Shown piece by piece: positions 1 through 17,899 of a DNA stretch of 64,000 nucleotides (positions within the stretch are counted from its first letter, which is position 1; the number at the start of each line of letters is the position of its first letter). This DNA is from Phallusia mammillata (taxonomy: Eukaryota), in the NCBI GenBank assembly GCA_965637545.1, contig OZ281495.1, forward strand, positions 23,126,001-23,190,000. Direction: 5' to 3'. The notes beneath the pieces are model-generated. The model was not told the origin of the DNA. It searched no databases and saw only the letters and a program-made list of their open reading frames with translations. The translations under genes were made by a program, and so were the position numbers.

Positions 1-1899
1 TTGACTGCTGCCATGATCAATTGCAAGTACAAAGTGGTAAGAGCATTTAGCTTTTACTACTTTACTATTTGGGATGTGATAGGCACTGAAAACATTCTAT
101 CAGAATATGTGGTATATATTGTCATCTCTTAAACTGTACATGCACCATTAGCAACTTTTAATGACTAATGCATGACACGAAGATGTTTAAGATAAAGTGT
201 GTCACTTGGAGTCACGAGCACTTTTGGTTTTCCGCGTACAGCTAATTTTGATTTAAATTTTAGCTTAATTTTATGACATAAGTACTATATGTTTAATACA
301 TCGTGTTTCTAAATAAAGTTATTGCCCTTTAGTCACAAATGCAACATTACTTTCGAAATGCTAGAAGATTGGAAGAGCAGCAAGATGACTCTGGACATGC
401 TATCGGAGATTTTGATGAAATGGACGCAGGTATATGTTTCTCACATGCCACTTTGATTGATTTATGTTTTATGCAGTGCAGGGTAAAAGGTATAGCTCAA
501 CTTAGCTTATTTGAACATTTATTATTTAGGTAGCTTTTAACAAAGTATAGCAATTTAAAAAGCAACCAACATGCGTAATTTTAACTTAATTACCACAGAG
601 GCCACAGTATGTAGAACTACTATGCGCGCTTACAAAAGTGGTAAAAATGGGGATTAAGTCTTTCGTTAAAAGCTATTGGTAAGTTTTGGATTTTTGTAGA
701 CGCAAGGACAAAGAGTCTTGCCCAGAAGATTGCCCGCTGGGTGGTTTTAACCGACCAGTGGCCATACCGCACCAGTTACATCTTACAAGTGATCGAAGAC
801 GCTGACCAACGTACCAGTGCAGGTCGAGAAGGGGAAGATATTCCAAACCACATGTCTCTGCACAAAATATACGAGTAAGAAAAAGATATTGTTTTTTTTT
901 ACCATGAACAACATAAAGAACTGAAAAACTGTCCAAAGCACCTGTCCTCTTGAGTAGTGAAATGTTTCAACCCAACATACAGTTTGGGTTAATCTTTTCA
1001 CTATTTCACTATAATAGGAGGGTAAAAGGGAAAGGTGTTGAAAATGTTGTGGGAGAAATACCATGCTACTTATTATGGCTAGTATTTCAGTGAAAACTGC
1101 AACATGACAAAACATCCCATTACATTGACGCGTTCAACTCCTTATTTCTATTCTTATTTGGTTGCTGATCTTACTGCATGAACATGTAGGTTTACTTATG
1201 GATTTGTCTTTTAGGCGTCATGTTCGGGCAGAGTTGGGAAACACTGACCTGAAAAACAACCGTCTTTTGGCGTTGGACGGTGATGCAGACACCTTCTACA
1301 GCTACCTGAAACGCTTGGGCGCACAACACATGAGCAAGGGGACAGCCAAAAGCTTGCTTAGATACACCATCAACCTAGATCATAGCATACGACTCACGAT
1401 AGCCAAACAACGAGAAGAAATAGATATGATGAGGGAGAGCACCATCCAAGCGGCAACAGAGGCCCCGCGCCAAATGATAAAAGTGAAGCAGAATAGAAAG
1501 CGGCGGCGTCAACAATCGGGTCAGTCGTTCCAGCAGAGTCCGATTCCTGGGTCAAAAAGATCTTCGTATGTTTTTAAGACCCTGGTGCAACAAGATAGCC
1601 TAACGAATCGTTCTCCGGTACCTCGATCACAACAAATTACAACAAGGGTAAATGACAACAAATCCCCACACAATCGTCGACCCGCTGGAGACTTCTTAAA
1701 GATGACGAACCCAATAGGGAAGCAACAAGTCTCGCCAAACCAATTTCAAAATGTTGGTAGAGAATATGAAGACGAAGAGAGAAGAAGCAGTTTTCAACCA
1801 ACTGACGACCATGTCAAAACTTCTCCAGAAGTTGATATTTACGACCCTCCTGGTTATCTACCAAATGACTTAATTTTAGGAAGGCTGGCATCAGCCTGA
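1..1899 (+). CDS. NKPD1: 3' part of KAP-family P-loop NTPase (NKPD1/KIDINS220-like); 5' end lies outside the window
   Basis: Phase-consistent GT-AG exons 1-36, 333-429, 700-874, 1215-1899. They encode WVVLTDQWPYRTSYILQVIED and LALDGDADTF...AKSLLRYTINLDHSIR, resembling recalled NKPD1 motifs (WVVLANQWPCRLSW; LDGDPELF...AQSLLRCTVNLDHSIR), followed by a low-complexity tail. Confidence 0.8.
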
Positions 1900-4644
1900 A
1901 ACAATTAAACAAATGCATTACACTGAAGTTTATATTTGGCTAGGTTTACAAATGTTTTTAGCTGTACAAGATGTTATAAGGGTAAAAACAGTTTTGCATG
2001 CAAAATAACGTTACAGACCAGACACTAAAATCACATAACGCCTGTCAGATGTCGTGAGAACAATGGTTGATCAGCATAGATTAATGAGAATTAAGAATTT
2101 CCCTTCATTTGTTAAGCCTCAAATGCCCTCGATCATTTGTAAAAACAATGTTACTGTATTGTATTATCTAGTTGTGTGAACGGCCTTTTATCTACTGTGT
2201 TCCAAATGCGTCTTTTTGCAATGATTTTTATTCCAGTGCTTTATTTTATTTTTGTATGCTGCAACAACGGTTAAACAAAATCTAGTGGTTAACGGCAATC
2301 AATCATGACAAAGGTGTGTTCAAAAGTAATATGTGCGTACTGTCATATCGTTTGTTTCCTGTCAAACACCAAGCAGTACTTTTGGGGTAAATGCTACTAT
2401 TACCATTTTTTGTTGATGTGGACACACCAGATTGAAATTGAGTTGTATATTGGTTTGCGTTGTTTTTATGATGCTATGGTTAAATCAACATGTAAATGTA
2501 AACTGCAATATGAATGATGCAGTCAACTTCACGAATGTAGAAAGTTAGAGAGCCCACCTGCGTTGACGCTGCCGTACAGTTTCTGCATCGTTTACAATTA
2601 ACACCAGGTAATTTTTCAGTTGTAACCTGTTGGGGTTCGCCGATACATAACAAGCGTAACTCCTCAGTGCGAAATAAAACAAGGTTAAATGTCTATATTA
2701 TTTTAATATTTTGCATTCTGCTCGTACAAAAATCATAATTAGGCAAATAGATTATGGTCAGATAAATTGGTCTCATATTGACATTTGATAATAGTCTATT
2801 TATCTACCGGGCGTGTATGCTACTATCGGACAGGACTTAATTAGGTGTTACTTTCATATTTACAAAAGCATTACCACATACAAGCATGCGTTTGAATGGG
2901 AAAGTTTTCGAAAATCCGCCCGACAGCAATTACGTTCCTTTGGCACACCACCTTTTGAACCGCTTCAGTAATTTTCTGGCTTCTGGTCAAAACAGTTTTC
3001 AAAGGAGTGAAGCACAAACAATCTGCTAGTATGGTTGATAGCGAGTTGTCAAATGTGACAAGGTAAGTTGCGATTTGTTTGTCGTGCAAAGGAGGAATTA
3101 TTTTTTGAAAAATTACTAGCTGTATGAAATTTGAAAACTACTTGTTTGATAGATTGTAAGTCAAACTTCCTGTTTCAAAACAGTTACCTGAAATGTTGTT
3201 TAATTCAACTTCTGAAGTACCTAATTTCATAGTTTGTAGTGTGTGTTTTTGTGCTGTTTTGCTTAATTAAGATTTTAGTTGCAATACACAACGAAAAGTT
3301 TAGCGCTAACGAGTCACGGTTTCATTGCCCCGGGAAAAATATGCGCGTTTTTACGCTGCACATGCCTCGCAATGCACGAAGCGTATCAAGAATGTTTGAA
3401 CATTTCATTTTTCAACATAACGATATTGTTTAATTTCCGCACAGTTTAAGTTTGCGGTCTGTAAATGGCGTACGTTGCTTTGAGCGTATTTAGTAATCAG
3501 GAACTATAAGAATTTCATGCACAATGTTATGGAAATTTTTAAATTAAAATATGGCTATAAGTTAGTATTATGGCACGGAAGGCAAAAATATTTCTGGAAA
3601 ACAAATCTACTATTTTCGCAAATCATCTCAATGCATTTCGCCACGAACGTCCCTAGAGAAAAGCTAAGTTGACTGTCGAAGTTCGTTAGGAAAGCGCCTG
3701 ATTGCCAGAAATGCAGCGCGTTGGAGATTAATCAGCACAGTTGCTATAGGTTTGCAGACGCAGTAACAAAAATCCAGCAGTTTACGCAGGAATGTAATGT
3801 CAAAATCACCTACTCCTTATAACGTTCTACGGGGTATATTTGGTGTTTTGTCTTGAGCTAATGACTTTTGTTATGTATAAAAGGCATATAGTGTGGTAGC
3901 GCGTTGTTAAGGACTTCAGCTAAATTGTGACAAATACAAATTCTTGTATTGCACTGATCCATGTTCAGAACAGTATTGCATTAACCTATGGCGAGGATGC
4001 AGTTAATATTACTATAGCTAGTATAGGGGCTCGACTTTTTGGCAAAGTCTCGCGGGACCGTACGTACCATATACTGTTGAGTATTACAATTGCAACTTTT
4101 TTAAATAGTAGTGCTTTTAATAAATTTTATGTGACGACATGTGATCATAAATTTCGCATAATTTTCTGACATATTACATATACATAAACATTATAAGCTT
4201 GTCGAAGGAAGGGACTAATCGTTTTATGATCCGGAAAGTAACTCTACCCAGTCAAAAATTTATGTCCGGGCCAAGCATAATTATGTTTGGTAACGCTTGG
4301 CAGCCTCACATGGGCGGCACCTGGGTGCCTTGCTTAAGTTGGCATATATGTGTGGCGTATGTTCAACAATGAAACACTTCGAGCTTGGCGCCGAACGTTC
4401 CAGTTATGTTTGGTTCATACACGACGCCGTACGCTCGGCCTAAGATAATAACCACGTATGACGGCCCGGTTTTCCGCCATACTAGGTCCTCATTTAAGTA
4501 TTGTTTGTACCACACATAACCAATCATATATTATCCTTGGCACTGCCAAACTTTGCCGCCTTTCAATATGACACTTCCAATAATATTTCCTGACAATGTA
4601 TTAAAAACAAGTACAAAACGAAATATAAAGGACGCCTGGATTTG

Positions 4645-5400
4645 ATGGATGGCCTGGGCAAAGCATAAGACACACAGTTTGGATGTCCTGCGAAAAGCAT
4701 AAGACACACAGTTTGGATGGCCTGCGAAAAGCATAAGACACACAGTCTGGATGGCTGATGCAAAGCATAAGAGTGATAAGACACACAGTTAGGATGGCCT
4801 GTGCAAAGCATAAGACACACAGTTTAGATGGCCTGTGCAAAGTATAACACACACAGTTACGATGGCCTGTGCAAAGCATAAGACACACAGTTTAGATGGC
4901 CTGTGCAAAGAATAAGACACACAGTTAAGATGGCCTGTGTAAAGCATAAGACACACAGTTTAGATGGCCTGTGCAAAGTATAAGACATACAGTTAAGAGG
5001 GCCTGTGCAAAGCATAAGACACACAGTTTAGATGGCCTGTGCAAAGCATAAGACACACAGTTAAGATGGCTGATGCAAAGAATAAGACACACAGTTAAGA
5101 TGGCCTGTGCAAAGTATAACACACACAGTTAGGATGGCCTTTGCTAAGCATAAGACACACAGTTTAGATGGCCTTTGCAAAGCATAAGAGTGATAAGACA
5201 CACAGTTTAGATGGCCTGTGCAAAGCATAAGACACACAGTTTGGATGGCCTTTGCTAAGCATAAGACACACAGTTTAGATGGCCTTTGCAAAGCATAAGA
5301 CACACAGTTAGGAGGGCCGGTACAAAGCATTAGACAAACAGTTTAGATGGCCAGCACATAGCATAGAACACACAATTTGGATGTCTCGGCCGAAAGCATT
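4645..5400. repeat. 34-bp minisatellite, about 22 units, inside the transposon
   Basis: Consensus GCATAAGACACACAGTTTAGATGGCCTGTGCAAA; period 34 (gcaaa at 4803 and 4837); a 9-bp GAGTGATAA insertion occurs in two units. Confidence 0.95.
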
Positions 5401-5431
5401 CTAAGTCACATGGCAGGCATAAAGACAATAC

Positions 5432-6820
5432 TTATGCATCATCGCAAGAGTCAGTGTCAACACCTGGGTTTTCATTTGGCTGTTGGATTTTTACCCTTTT
5501 CACATGACCGCCATCCCAGTCACCAACCCCTGGAAGGACCCTTTTTACTGCAGTAGCTATTTCCTGGTGACTGGCACCATTGTGTCTGGTGTATGGCAGC
5601 ACATCTAAAAAAAGAAAAAAAAACTAAAATTCATTGACCTGAATTTTAAAATCCACATCATTGCAATGTTAATTACAACAAAACATAATCATGTCTTACC
5701 TATGAAAAAGGCAAACAAAGGATGAGTTTTAAAAGAAATTTTTGTCTGTTTTCTTCCACAACCCAATCCACTCCAGGAAAATTTAAGTGCCAGATTTTTC
5801 GTCATGAACAACTTGATGAAGTTGCGTAATGTGCCTTGCAGGCCGTCCATATCAATTACTTTTCCGATTCTTTTCTTGTCCTTCAAGTATGTAAACATGC
5901 AATTATAATCAATCATATAAAAATGTTTAAATTGTCATTATTTGGTAGGGCTGGCATAGGTACAAAAACAGATTTTGTTAACACACAACCTGACAATTAA
6001 GAGTATTAAATTTTATTTCCATTTTAGGTGAAAATGCAGCTTACATTAATTTGAGTGATCAATTCTACCAGATCTTTTTCATTGTCAGCTGGCTCTGGAA
6101 AGAGGGTTTCTGTCACAGCTGCACACACTACTTTTTGTTTCAGTATCTCCACAATAGTCTCCAGTTTGTCATCCATCCTTTCCATCTTGGCTATTAGGGA
6201 TTTATATTCATTACCATTTAAAGGTCTTTGGTTTGGTGGTAATGGCCGTTTAAATGTATTTCTAAACACAAAAGAAATCATTTAAACCATTTGATTTGAT
6301 TTTTCACAACAACAATTATGATAAAGAAATAATATGTTAAAACAAATGGAATTTTGTACACAACAAAATGCAGTCAACATTAATCCACCAATTAGATGTA
6401 ACTTAGCAATATTGAGGAGCTAGTGATATATACATACATTTTTGGTGATGAGTCTGTTGTTATTAATGGTGAAATCTTCAATTGATGTGGTTCTTCTTCA
6501 ATGGATATATCTGAATCAGAGTCCTCCAAATTACTTTGGGTGTATCCTTTTTTGATACATCAGTCAGTCATAAGTACCTGCAAAGAAAAATTCAAGTAAA
6601 CCATGCTTGTAACAAATATCTTAATACACTTACTAGCTTGGAAGAGAACAATACAAGGGCATGTGCACCATTTTTCTTCTGCCACAACTTCTTTTTTGGT
6701 TAAATCCTGCACATTACAAATCTCTGGTGGCCATTTACAAGCATCTGTGCCAACCAACCATCCTTTAGGCACAACATCATTTGTGCCATCAGCATATTTT
6801 ACGCACACAAAGTTTTTCAT
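5432..6820 (-). pseudogene. Spliced DUF4806-type accessory gene of the EnSpm-like element, apparently disrupted in exon 2
   Basis: Five exons: MKNFVCVKYADGTNDVVPKGWLVGTDACKWPP; an acidic SNLEDSDSD exon; coiled-coil LIAKMERMDDKLETIVEIL; FIKLFMTKNLALKFSWSG; EIATAVKRVLPGVGDWDGG ending at stop 5432. Exon 2 (6577-6438) is 140 nt, out of phase, with TGA codons at its start. Confidence 0.65.
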
Positions 6821-6859
6821 TTCTTAGCTTTGTAAAATCCTTTGAAACCGTACATAATT

Positions 6860-7104
6860 TTAATTTTGCAGTAAATTAATAGCAACAAATTTTTCTTTGT
6901 ATGGCAACATAACACGCTTTCTTATTTCTTGGTTATCTTTTAGCAATTCAAAATCATTTTCATTTATATTCTGGGTCTTTTCAGCAATTATTACAGCTGC
7001 TGCTTGTAGTTTTCTTTTCTTCGAAGATTGCTTCCTTCTCCATTTCGAGTTCTTTTTAAGTTGCTGAATGTTTTGTGCGCTGCACCCTTTTTGGCTGGCA
7101 TCAT
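6860..7104 (-). pseudogene. Internally deleted transposase remnant (N-terminal stub joined to a C-terminal ...RKRVMLPYKEKFVAINLLQN* segment)
   Basis: A basic N-terminal peptide MMPAKKGAAHK shifts frame into a segment resembling recalled C-termini of animal EnSpm transposases (LP-x4-V-x2-LL). It ends just before the DUF4806 ATG. Confidence 0.45.
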
Positions 7105-8125
7105 TAACCTACGTTTTTTAGTCAGATCCAAAATAAACAATATAGTCGTCGTACACTCGTAAACCTCCTTGATTAAAACTTTCCCGCCGCCAAGCAACAC
7201 GTGATCGTTCTTAGTCCGGATTCAAAACGTTCAAGATTAGCATTAACCAATCACGACAAACAACGTTTCGTAAAGTTCATAGGTCAAATGATTGCGCAAG
7301 TATTGTGCAATTTAGGTTCGACTGCGTTTACTTAACAGTTGACATGATTTGTGATATGTGTAATATTTATGTTATTGAAGCCCTGAGTTGTCAAAGATTA
7401 GGCGCTAACGAACCGTCACGTCAACTTTAGGCTCGCTAAAGGAACAAAAAGATAATGATCACACATTAATTGCATTACTTTTAATTTTTTAATGTTCACC
7501 AATTCAAGATGTCGTACGAATTGCTTTAAAACTATCGGTTGAAAATGGTGTCAATAATAACATTGTCAACCAAAAGCTTAATATTCTCTCACATACAGCA
7601 TTTCGCCAGACCCGAACAGGTGTGGCGCCTCACTCTCGGCACCCAAGTATGGCAATTTCTTGCTTAATCTTTTTAACGCCAAGTGTAATTATACCACATT
7701 TGCCATTTTAGGCCCTAGTATGGCGAAACCATGTAAGACCCATATATATAAATATGGCGTATGCTCTGTTAAGTATGAATCGGCCGATCCTGGCATAAAC
7801 GATAGATAAACGAGTGTTGGTCGGGTATGGCCCGGGCGTTAGGTGTAGAAAATTTTTGACTGGGTATCATCCCCATCCGTGCGCAACACAAAACAATGTA
7901 GTGCTGTTAAAAAATGACTTCGACTTTTTTGCTGGCGCAGGTTTTGCTCTTGCATGTGTTTTGGCAAAAATATGCCGAAGGCTATACACAGTAATACAAA
8001 GAAAAACAGCTTCATGTCTTAAAACGTAAAGGAGCCAAGTCTTAAAAAGTCTTTTAGGAGAGTCCTAACTGTGTTTTTGTTTAGGTTGCTGTTTAATAGG
8101 AACATATCTGTCAAAACAAGCTTAA

Positions 8126-11100
8126 ATGGGTGAATACTTCGGTGTCGTGGACTTCGTTGTCTTTGGAGGTAACATGTAAAAATTTGTTTTTCATATTGGT
8201 TAAGTTTCAGAATCTTGGTAATCCAATAAATGATTCTACCGCACATTTAATAATAATCCACAGGATTTGGTTGGCCCATGATATTTTTAACATAAAAAAC
8301 ATATTTCGTTGTTTGTTTATGTTTTTGCATATTATATTCAACAGGGAGTTTGCTCTTGTCCGTAGTGATTGGAGTTTACTTCGCTTTTAAAGATCGCAAA
8401 AAGGGCAACGTCGAAGAATACCATTATGGAGGAAAACGAATTTCATCGGTAGGCTATAACATAATTTTCAACTCAATGCTTCCAGCCAATACAAACTAAA
8501 CCGGGTCCTATTTTTTATAAAGGTCGCAATTGGAATTTCAATAGCTATTACGTACATATCGGCTGTCACCGTGCTTGCATTTCCAACTGAGAGTTACTTG
8601 TATGGCATTGTTTACATCTGGTACAGCTTCGCAACTATAGGTGGTACGTTCATCACTTGCATGTACTACATTCCGCTTTTCCTTAGACTGCAACTCACGA
8701 CTCTCTATCAGGTACTGCTTTGTTGAGAAAAACTATTTTTATACTTTTATATATTAGTTAACGGTCGTAAATACTTTTCAGTACTTGGAGATGCGATTTC
8801 ACCCTGCCCTAAGAAAAGTCGTGTCAGCATGTGCAATATTGTTGTATGTAAGTTATTTTCCTTAAATTTTTGCTGTAAGTTTTGTCCTCTTCAACCCAAG
8901 CGAAAATCATAGCGATCTGAATGAGGCGCCAAGACCAACGTTATGTATAAGTTATATGTTTTTCTGCCAAAAATAAAATAATGTTTTCTGCTGCTGTTTC
9001 CATTCAGTTAATCTACATGAGTTTTGCTGTCTACATTCCTGCTTTATCGTTGAACGCGGTCACTCCTATCAATTTGCACATGAGCATATTGCTTTCCACA
9101 GGAATCTGCACTATTTACACGACAATGGTATGAAATTTTTATTCTTTGTACTCTTAGGAACTAATACCCAATAAACTGTGATCAACGCATGATAATTATA
9201 ACTATATAATAACCAACGTGTGCGCATTTATTATTGTATTTTTTGTAAACGCGAAAAGACACATGACTTTAAGCAAGCCTATGTTGTAAGATCTCGTATT
9301 GTGAGAAATGAAATAATATAAAAACCTTCAAGATGCTATACTTAGTATCGCATAACGTGCTGTAAATCCTTTGTTAACCCTGTTCGATTAAACAACCGCT
9401 AACTTTTTCAGGGTGGTTTAAAAGCAGTTATTTGGACAGATGTAATTCAGTTTGCCATCATGTTTATTGGAGCTATATCAGCACTCGTTAAAGCTACAAT
9501 TGACGTTGGGGGCATCCAAACCACTTGGGACGCCTTGGAAAGAAGTGGAAGACTTAACCTTTTTCAGTAATTAATTTGACTTTACTTCATTTGCTGTGTA
9601 TGTTTACTATATATTTTAGAGCAGATTTAAACCCGACTATTCGCAACACAATATGGACAACTCTTGTTGGAGGTGGCATCTACGAATGTTTCAATATTTG
9701 CGTCAACCAGTCGGTTTGTCAGCGGTTCCTCTCCTGCAAGTCTGTTAAAGATGCTAGAATGTAAGTACATAAGCAGCTGTTTGTTTGTTTAATCAACAAT
9801 ATAACAAATTAATACCCGATTGCCTTGAAATGAGTGTAAAACATTCAACCATACAAATAGGTAAAACCAAATAGCACACCCGTCCTATAGTTTTTATTTG
9901 TGGTACTGTATCCATGTATATGCACGGGATCCTTACCAAAAATCGCACAAAAATATTCTGCAGCAGATCTTTAAATTTTATACATTTTAAACTACCAAAT
10001 TCGAAGTCATTAAGTTGGGTTTGAAGCAGGTTTTCATTTACCCTGGTATCGTTCTAAAGGCTTTTACCAAAAAAAAAAAAACATTCAGCACTTTTGGCTA
10101 TCAGAAAATAGGCTATCAGAAAATACCATGCATTACCTCTATCGTGGAATTAAAACTTATCTATCATTGATAACAATTGTTTCTGCAAACAGAGCATCGG
10201 TTATTGCCATGGTTCCGAAAATGATTCTTGGTTCGGTCGCTACACTAAGTGGATGTGTAGCATACGCTTACTTTGAAGGATGTGATCCAATGGAATCGGG
10301 TTTGATATCAAAGAAGGATCAAATGTTTCCATACCTTGTACTAAAAGTGTTTCGCTTTTTCCCTGGAATGGCTGGTTTATTCGTTGCAGTTTCATTCAGC
10401 GGCACTATGAGGTTCGATTCCTACAACGCACTGTTGAAACTAACGAATAAACAACTGTTCATTTCAGTACTGTTTCATCGGGACTAAACGCTTTGAGCAT
10501 TCAAATTCTTGAGGATTTCGTAATGCCCTTCCGACCTCGTCTTAATAACAAAACCAAACTTGTTTTCAGCAAGGCACTAGGTACTGGTCCATTCGTGTCT
10601 TGGTGTGGTTGTCACAGTCATGGCTTACGTAACGTCTTTTCTCGATGCTACGGTCATGTCAGTTTTGACCCCACTGAAGGGGGCGTTGAGTGGAGCAATA
10701 TTAGGAGTTTACACTCTTGGCATTTTTTTACCGTGGTGCAACACAAAGGTACCTGTTTAGGTGGTTGTGTTCTTTTTTGTGTTATTTAATTTGCACTAAG
10801 AGACATGGTGTTGTAAGGGTGCCATAGCAGGACAGTTGATAGGAACTGCAGTGTCCATGTGGATTGCTGTTGGTGGAATATTTTATCCCAAGTCGCCCAA
10901 AATGGATCGTTTGCTTCCCGTTTCCACGCGTCTATGCAACTTAACAAGCAATCAACTTAGAATTGAAAATTTCACGACTGTTGGTACAACTTTGGAATTT
11001 TCATCAATTAGGTAGGAAAGCGCTTGAAGCATGTTTTTGTGTTTTTGGTAATTTATATTGAAAAGATTTTTGTACACTGCGACGTAGCATGGACGACATC

Positions 11101-11624
11101 GATACCGAATCCAGCTCAATATACGCGGTTTCTATGTGGTACACATGTGGAATTGGATGCCTTACGACTGTTGTTACAGGAATGATTTTTTCGTTTTTGA
11201 CTGGTAAGTACCCAAGATGAATCGTAAGTGCTTTGTTGTTTTCCTAAAGCTTTTTATTTGTCATTTAGTGCACCTAAAAATGCTGAATGTAGTGCACGTA
11301 TTGAGTAACAGTTATAGTTTTGTACTTCATTTGCGTTTCATTTAATATACTTACCTCTTTTATGGATAACATAGTAAGATGCTGTTGGATTATGGTTTGT
11401 GTTTGTTTTTAGGTCGAAGCAATCCTGCAAATGCCGACCCGAGGTTATTTTGTCCTATTTTTGATAATCCCAGATTGCCAAAGAATGTCAGGACGTTTTT
11501 TCGCTTTGGTGTGCCATTAATGGAAGACGAAAAACCCTATCCAGGCAGTTATTCTTTGAGAAAAGTCAAACGTCCAATATCTAATAAGGACGATGATGTA
11601 AATGAATCATGTCTTGGACGATAA
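8126..11624 (+). CDS. SLC5A5/6/8/12-like sodium:solute symporter, copy 1 (frameshift or abnormal 37-nt intron at 10581)
   Basis: Exons encode YLEMRFHP, GGLKAVIWTDVIQ, NQSVCQRFLSC, GCDPMESG, PGMAGLF, GTMSTVSSGLN, PWCNTK and C-terminal DPRLFCPIFDN. ATG 8126, stop 11624. Confidence 0.9.
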
Positions 11625-12233
11625 AGGGCCAACAAAAACGGTTGCCGACCAAAAACATGTCTTGAAAAAAAAACTGGTAACAATTCAGTTTGTTATTTTT
11701 TAAATCCAACAGGCTTTAACTTGCCTAAGGAGAGAATACTATTATGACTGCAATGTGTTTCATTGTATCGGTCAGGCTGTACTATAGAATTTAGGTTCAG
11801 TTTAAAACTGTTTTGTATTCATGCCGATTTTGGCATTCTACCGGTTCTTCTAAATATATTTAGATATTATTTCCTAGCTCCAATTTCAAACTTTATGCCC
11901 AGCAATTACAAGACAATGTTTTTAATATTTGTACGATTTAAAGTTCTCTGATGTGATTGTGGCAAAGAAAACCAACTTTGTTGCAATGGTAGAATGTAAT
12001 GTGTATCATGTGGATGTTATTTTTTGCAACGGATGGAGTTTTGGAATTTAGTACGTTATGAAACATTCGGCTTGGTTTAATCTTTAAAAGGGTTTCGGCT
12101 TTAATCTATCATTTAGCCTTAATCTTTAATAACGAAAGAGAAAAGGTGAAGAACCTCTTAAATTGTTTTATTAATGAATATCCTGTGGGAAGTACAATGT
12201 TACAAAATGTTTATTCACTGGTGTTTTTGCTCT

Positions 12234-16823
<4,590 letters not shown>

Positions 16824-17899
16824 TTCTCACTGATTATTTTTGCGTTGTAATAGATGTTTATTCTTTAACTTCAAATACAAGGAGTATAATCCGACTGCAC
16901 AAAGACTAAAACAAGGAAGTGTCATGAACGCACACACCTTTAAGCGGTTACCTGTATTGACTGCCACGTTTAAGACGCGGTACACGCTTATATACGAAAC
17001 ATGACGTAATAACTTAGGGACGACATCTAGCGATAAGTACATACATCACAGGAAGTACGAGTTTTTGTTCCAAATTTGGTCGTTAATACCATATATTACA
17101 ATACACAAATTTTGTACATGGGATTATAAACTAATAAGCATAAAAATGTGTTTGCGTGAAAATCTATAGCGAACGAAAATTTTGCCTCTTTTAATATTTG
17201 TTTGAATTTTTACATAATTATAATGTGGCAAACGATTATATTTTTAGTGATATATTACCTGGGATATGTGATTAAACGAAATATTCGGTTATACGGATTG
17301 TTCAATTAACGGAATATTTCATAAACAAGTAAACGTAATACCAATAACCGGAGTATTTGATTAACCAGAATCGCATATTTTACGATCTATGTGTACAGTT
17401 TGATATGTGCTGTACCGAAAATGACCACAAACTATGTAGTGGGTAGCAGTATATTTGTCGGTTTGTGCTTGCAAATATAGGTTTATAAATAAATTTAGAT
17501 TCGCTGACGTCATCAAAGTTTTTTAACTTTAGAAAATTTTATACACAGCAGCTTTCCCAGAGAAAGTTACGGGCTATCTTACCGATTTTTCTAGAAACTT
17601 TGTAAAGCATGACCATTTCTAAATACAGAATGTTAAAAAAAAGAATTCAGCAGTTAAAAGGGTAATATTAGGCACTACTCAAATGGTCAAAAATCCTCCA
17701 AACTTTTAACATTACTTTTGTCTTACTATACTGCTTTTTTGTCTTACTATATTGTAGCACAACATCTTGTTTGAACGGGTGTATTTCGGGAATCTGGGCT
17801 AACAACAGTGGAAACTTTCAGGATCAAACATTATATGACCGTACATTTACTAATAAAAAACGTTTTCATACATAAAAAAATGTATAATATATACTATAG

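Larger units (their letters stand above)
4247..7864 (-). mobile_element. CMC/EnSpm(CACTA)-like non-autonomous DNA transposon
   Basis: Perfect 15-bp TIR CCCAGTCAAAAATTT at 4247-4261 and 7850-7864, flanked on both sides by TA (2-bp TSD). Contains a DUF4806-type gene, a transposase remnant and a tandem array. The superfamily call is inferred from the CCCAG termini and the cargo. Confidence 0.8.

Noticed and set aside
2000-4200. Short ORFs in the intergenic region after NKPD1, and most other 60-120 aa track ORFs
   Set aside because: No recognisable domains or splice-consistent structure. Most elsewhere are antisense or off-frame shadows of real exons.
4645-5400. CRISPR-like appearance and overlapping repetitive ORFs (4531-5330)
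   Set aside because: Head-to-tail units with no unique spacers, no cas genes and a eukaryotic context. The ORFs are translations of the minisatellite.
10411-10422. tRNA T-loop-like GGTTCGATTCC
   Set aside because: It coincides with an exon/intron junction of SLC5 copy 1; no cloverleaf or A box is present.
17200-17400. Possible Tigger-like MITE remnant (repeated GGTTA/TAACCGGA motifs)
   Set aside because: No definable termini or TSD.
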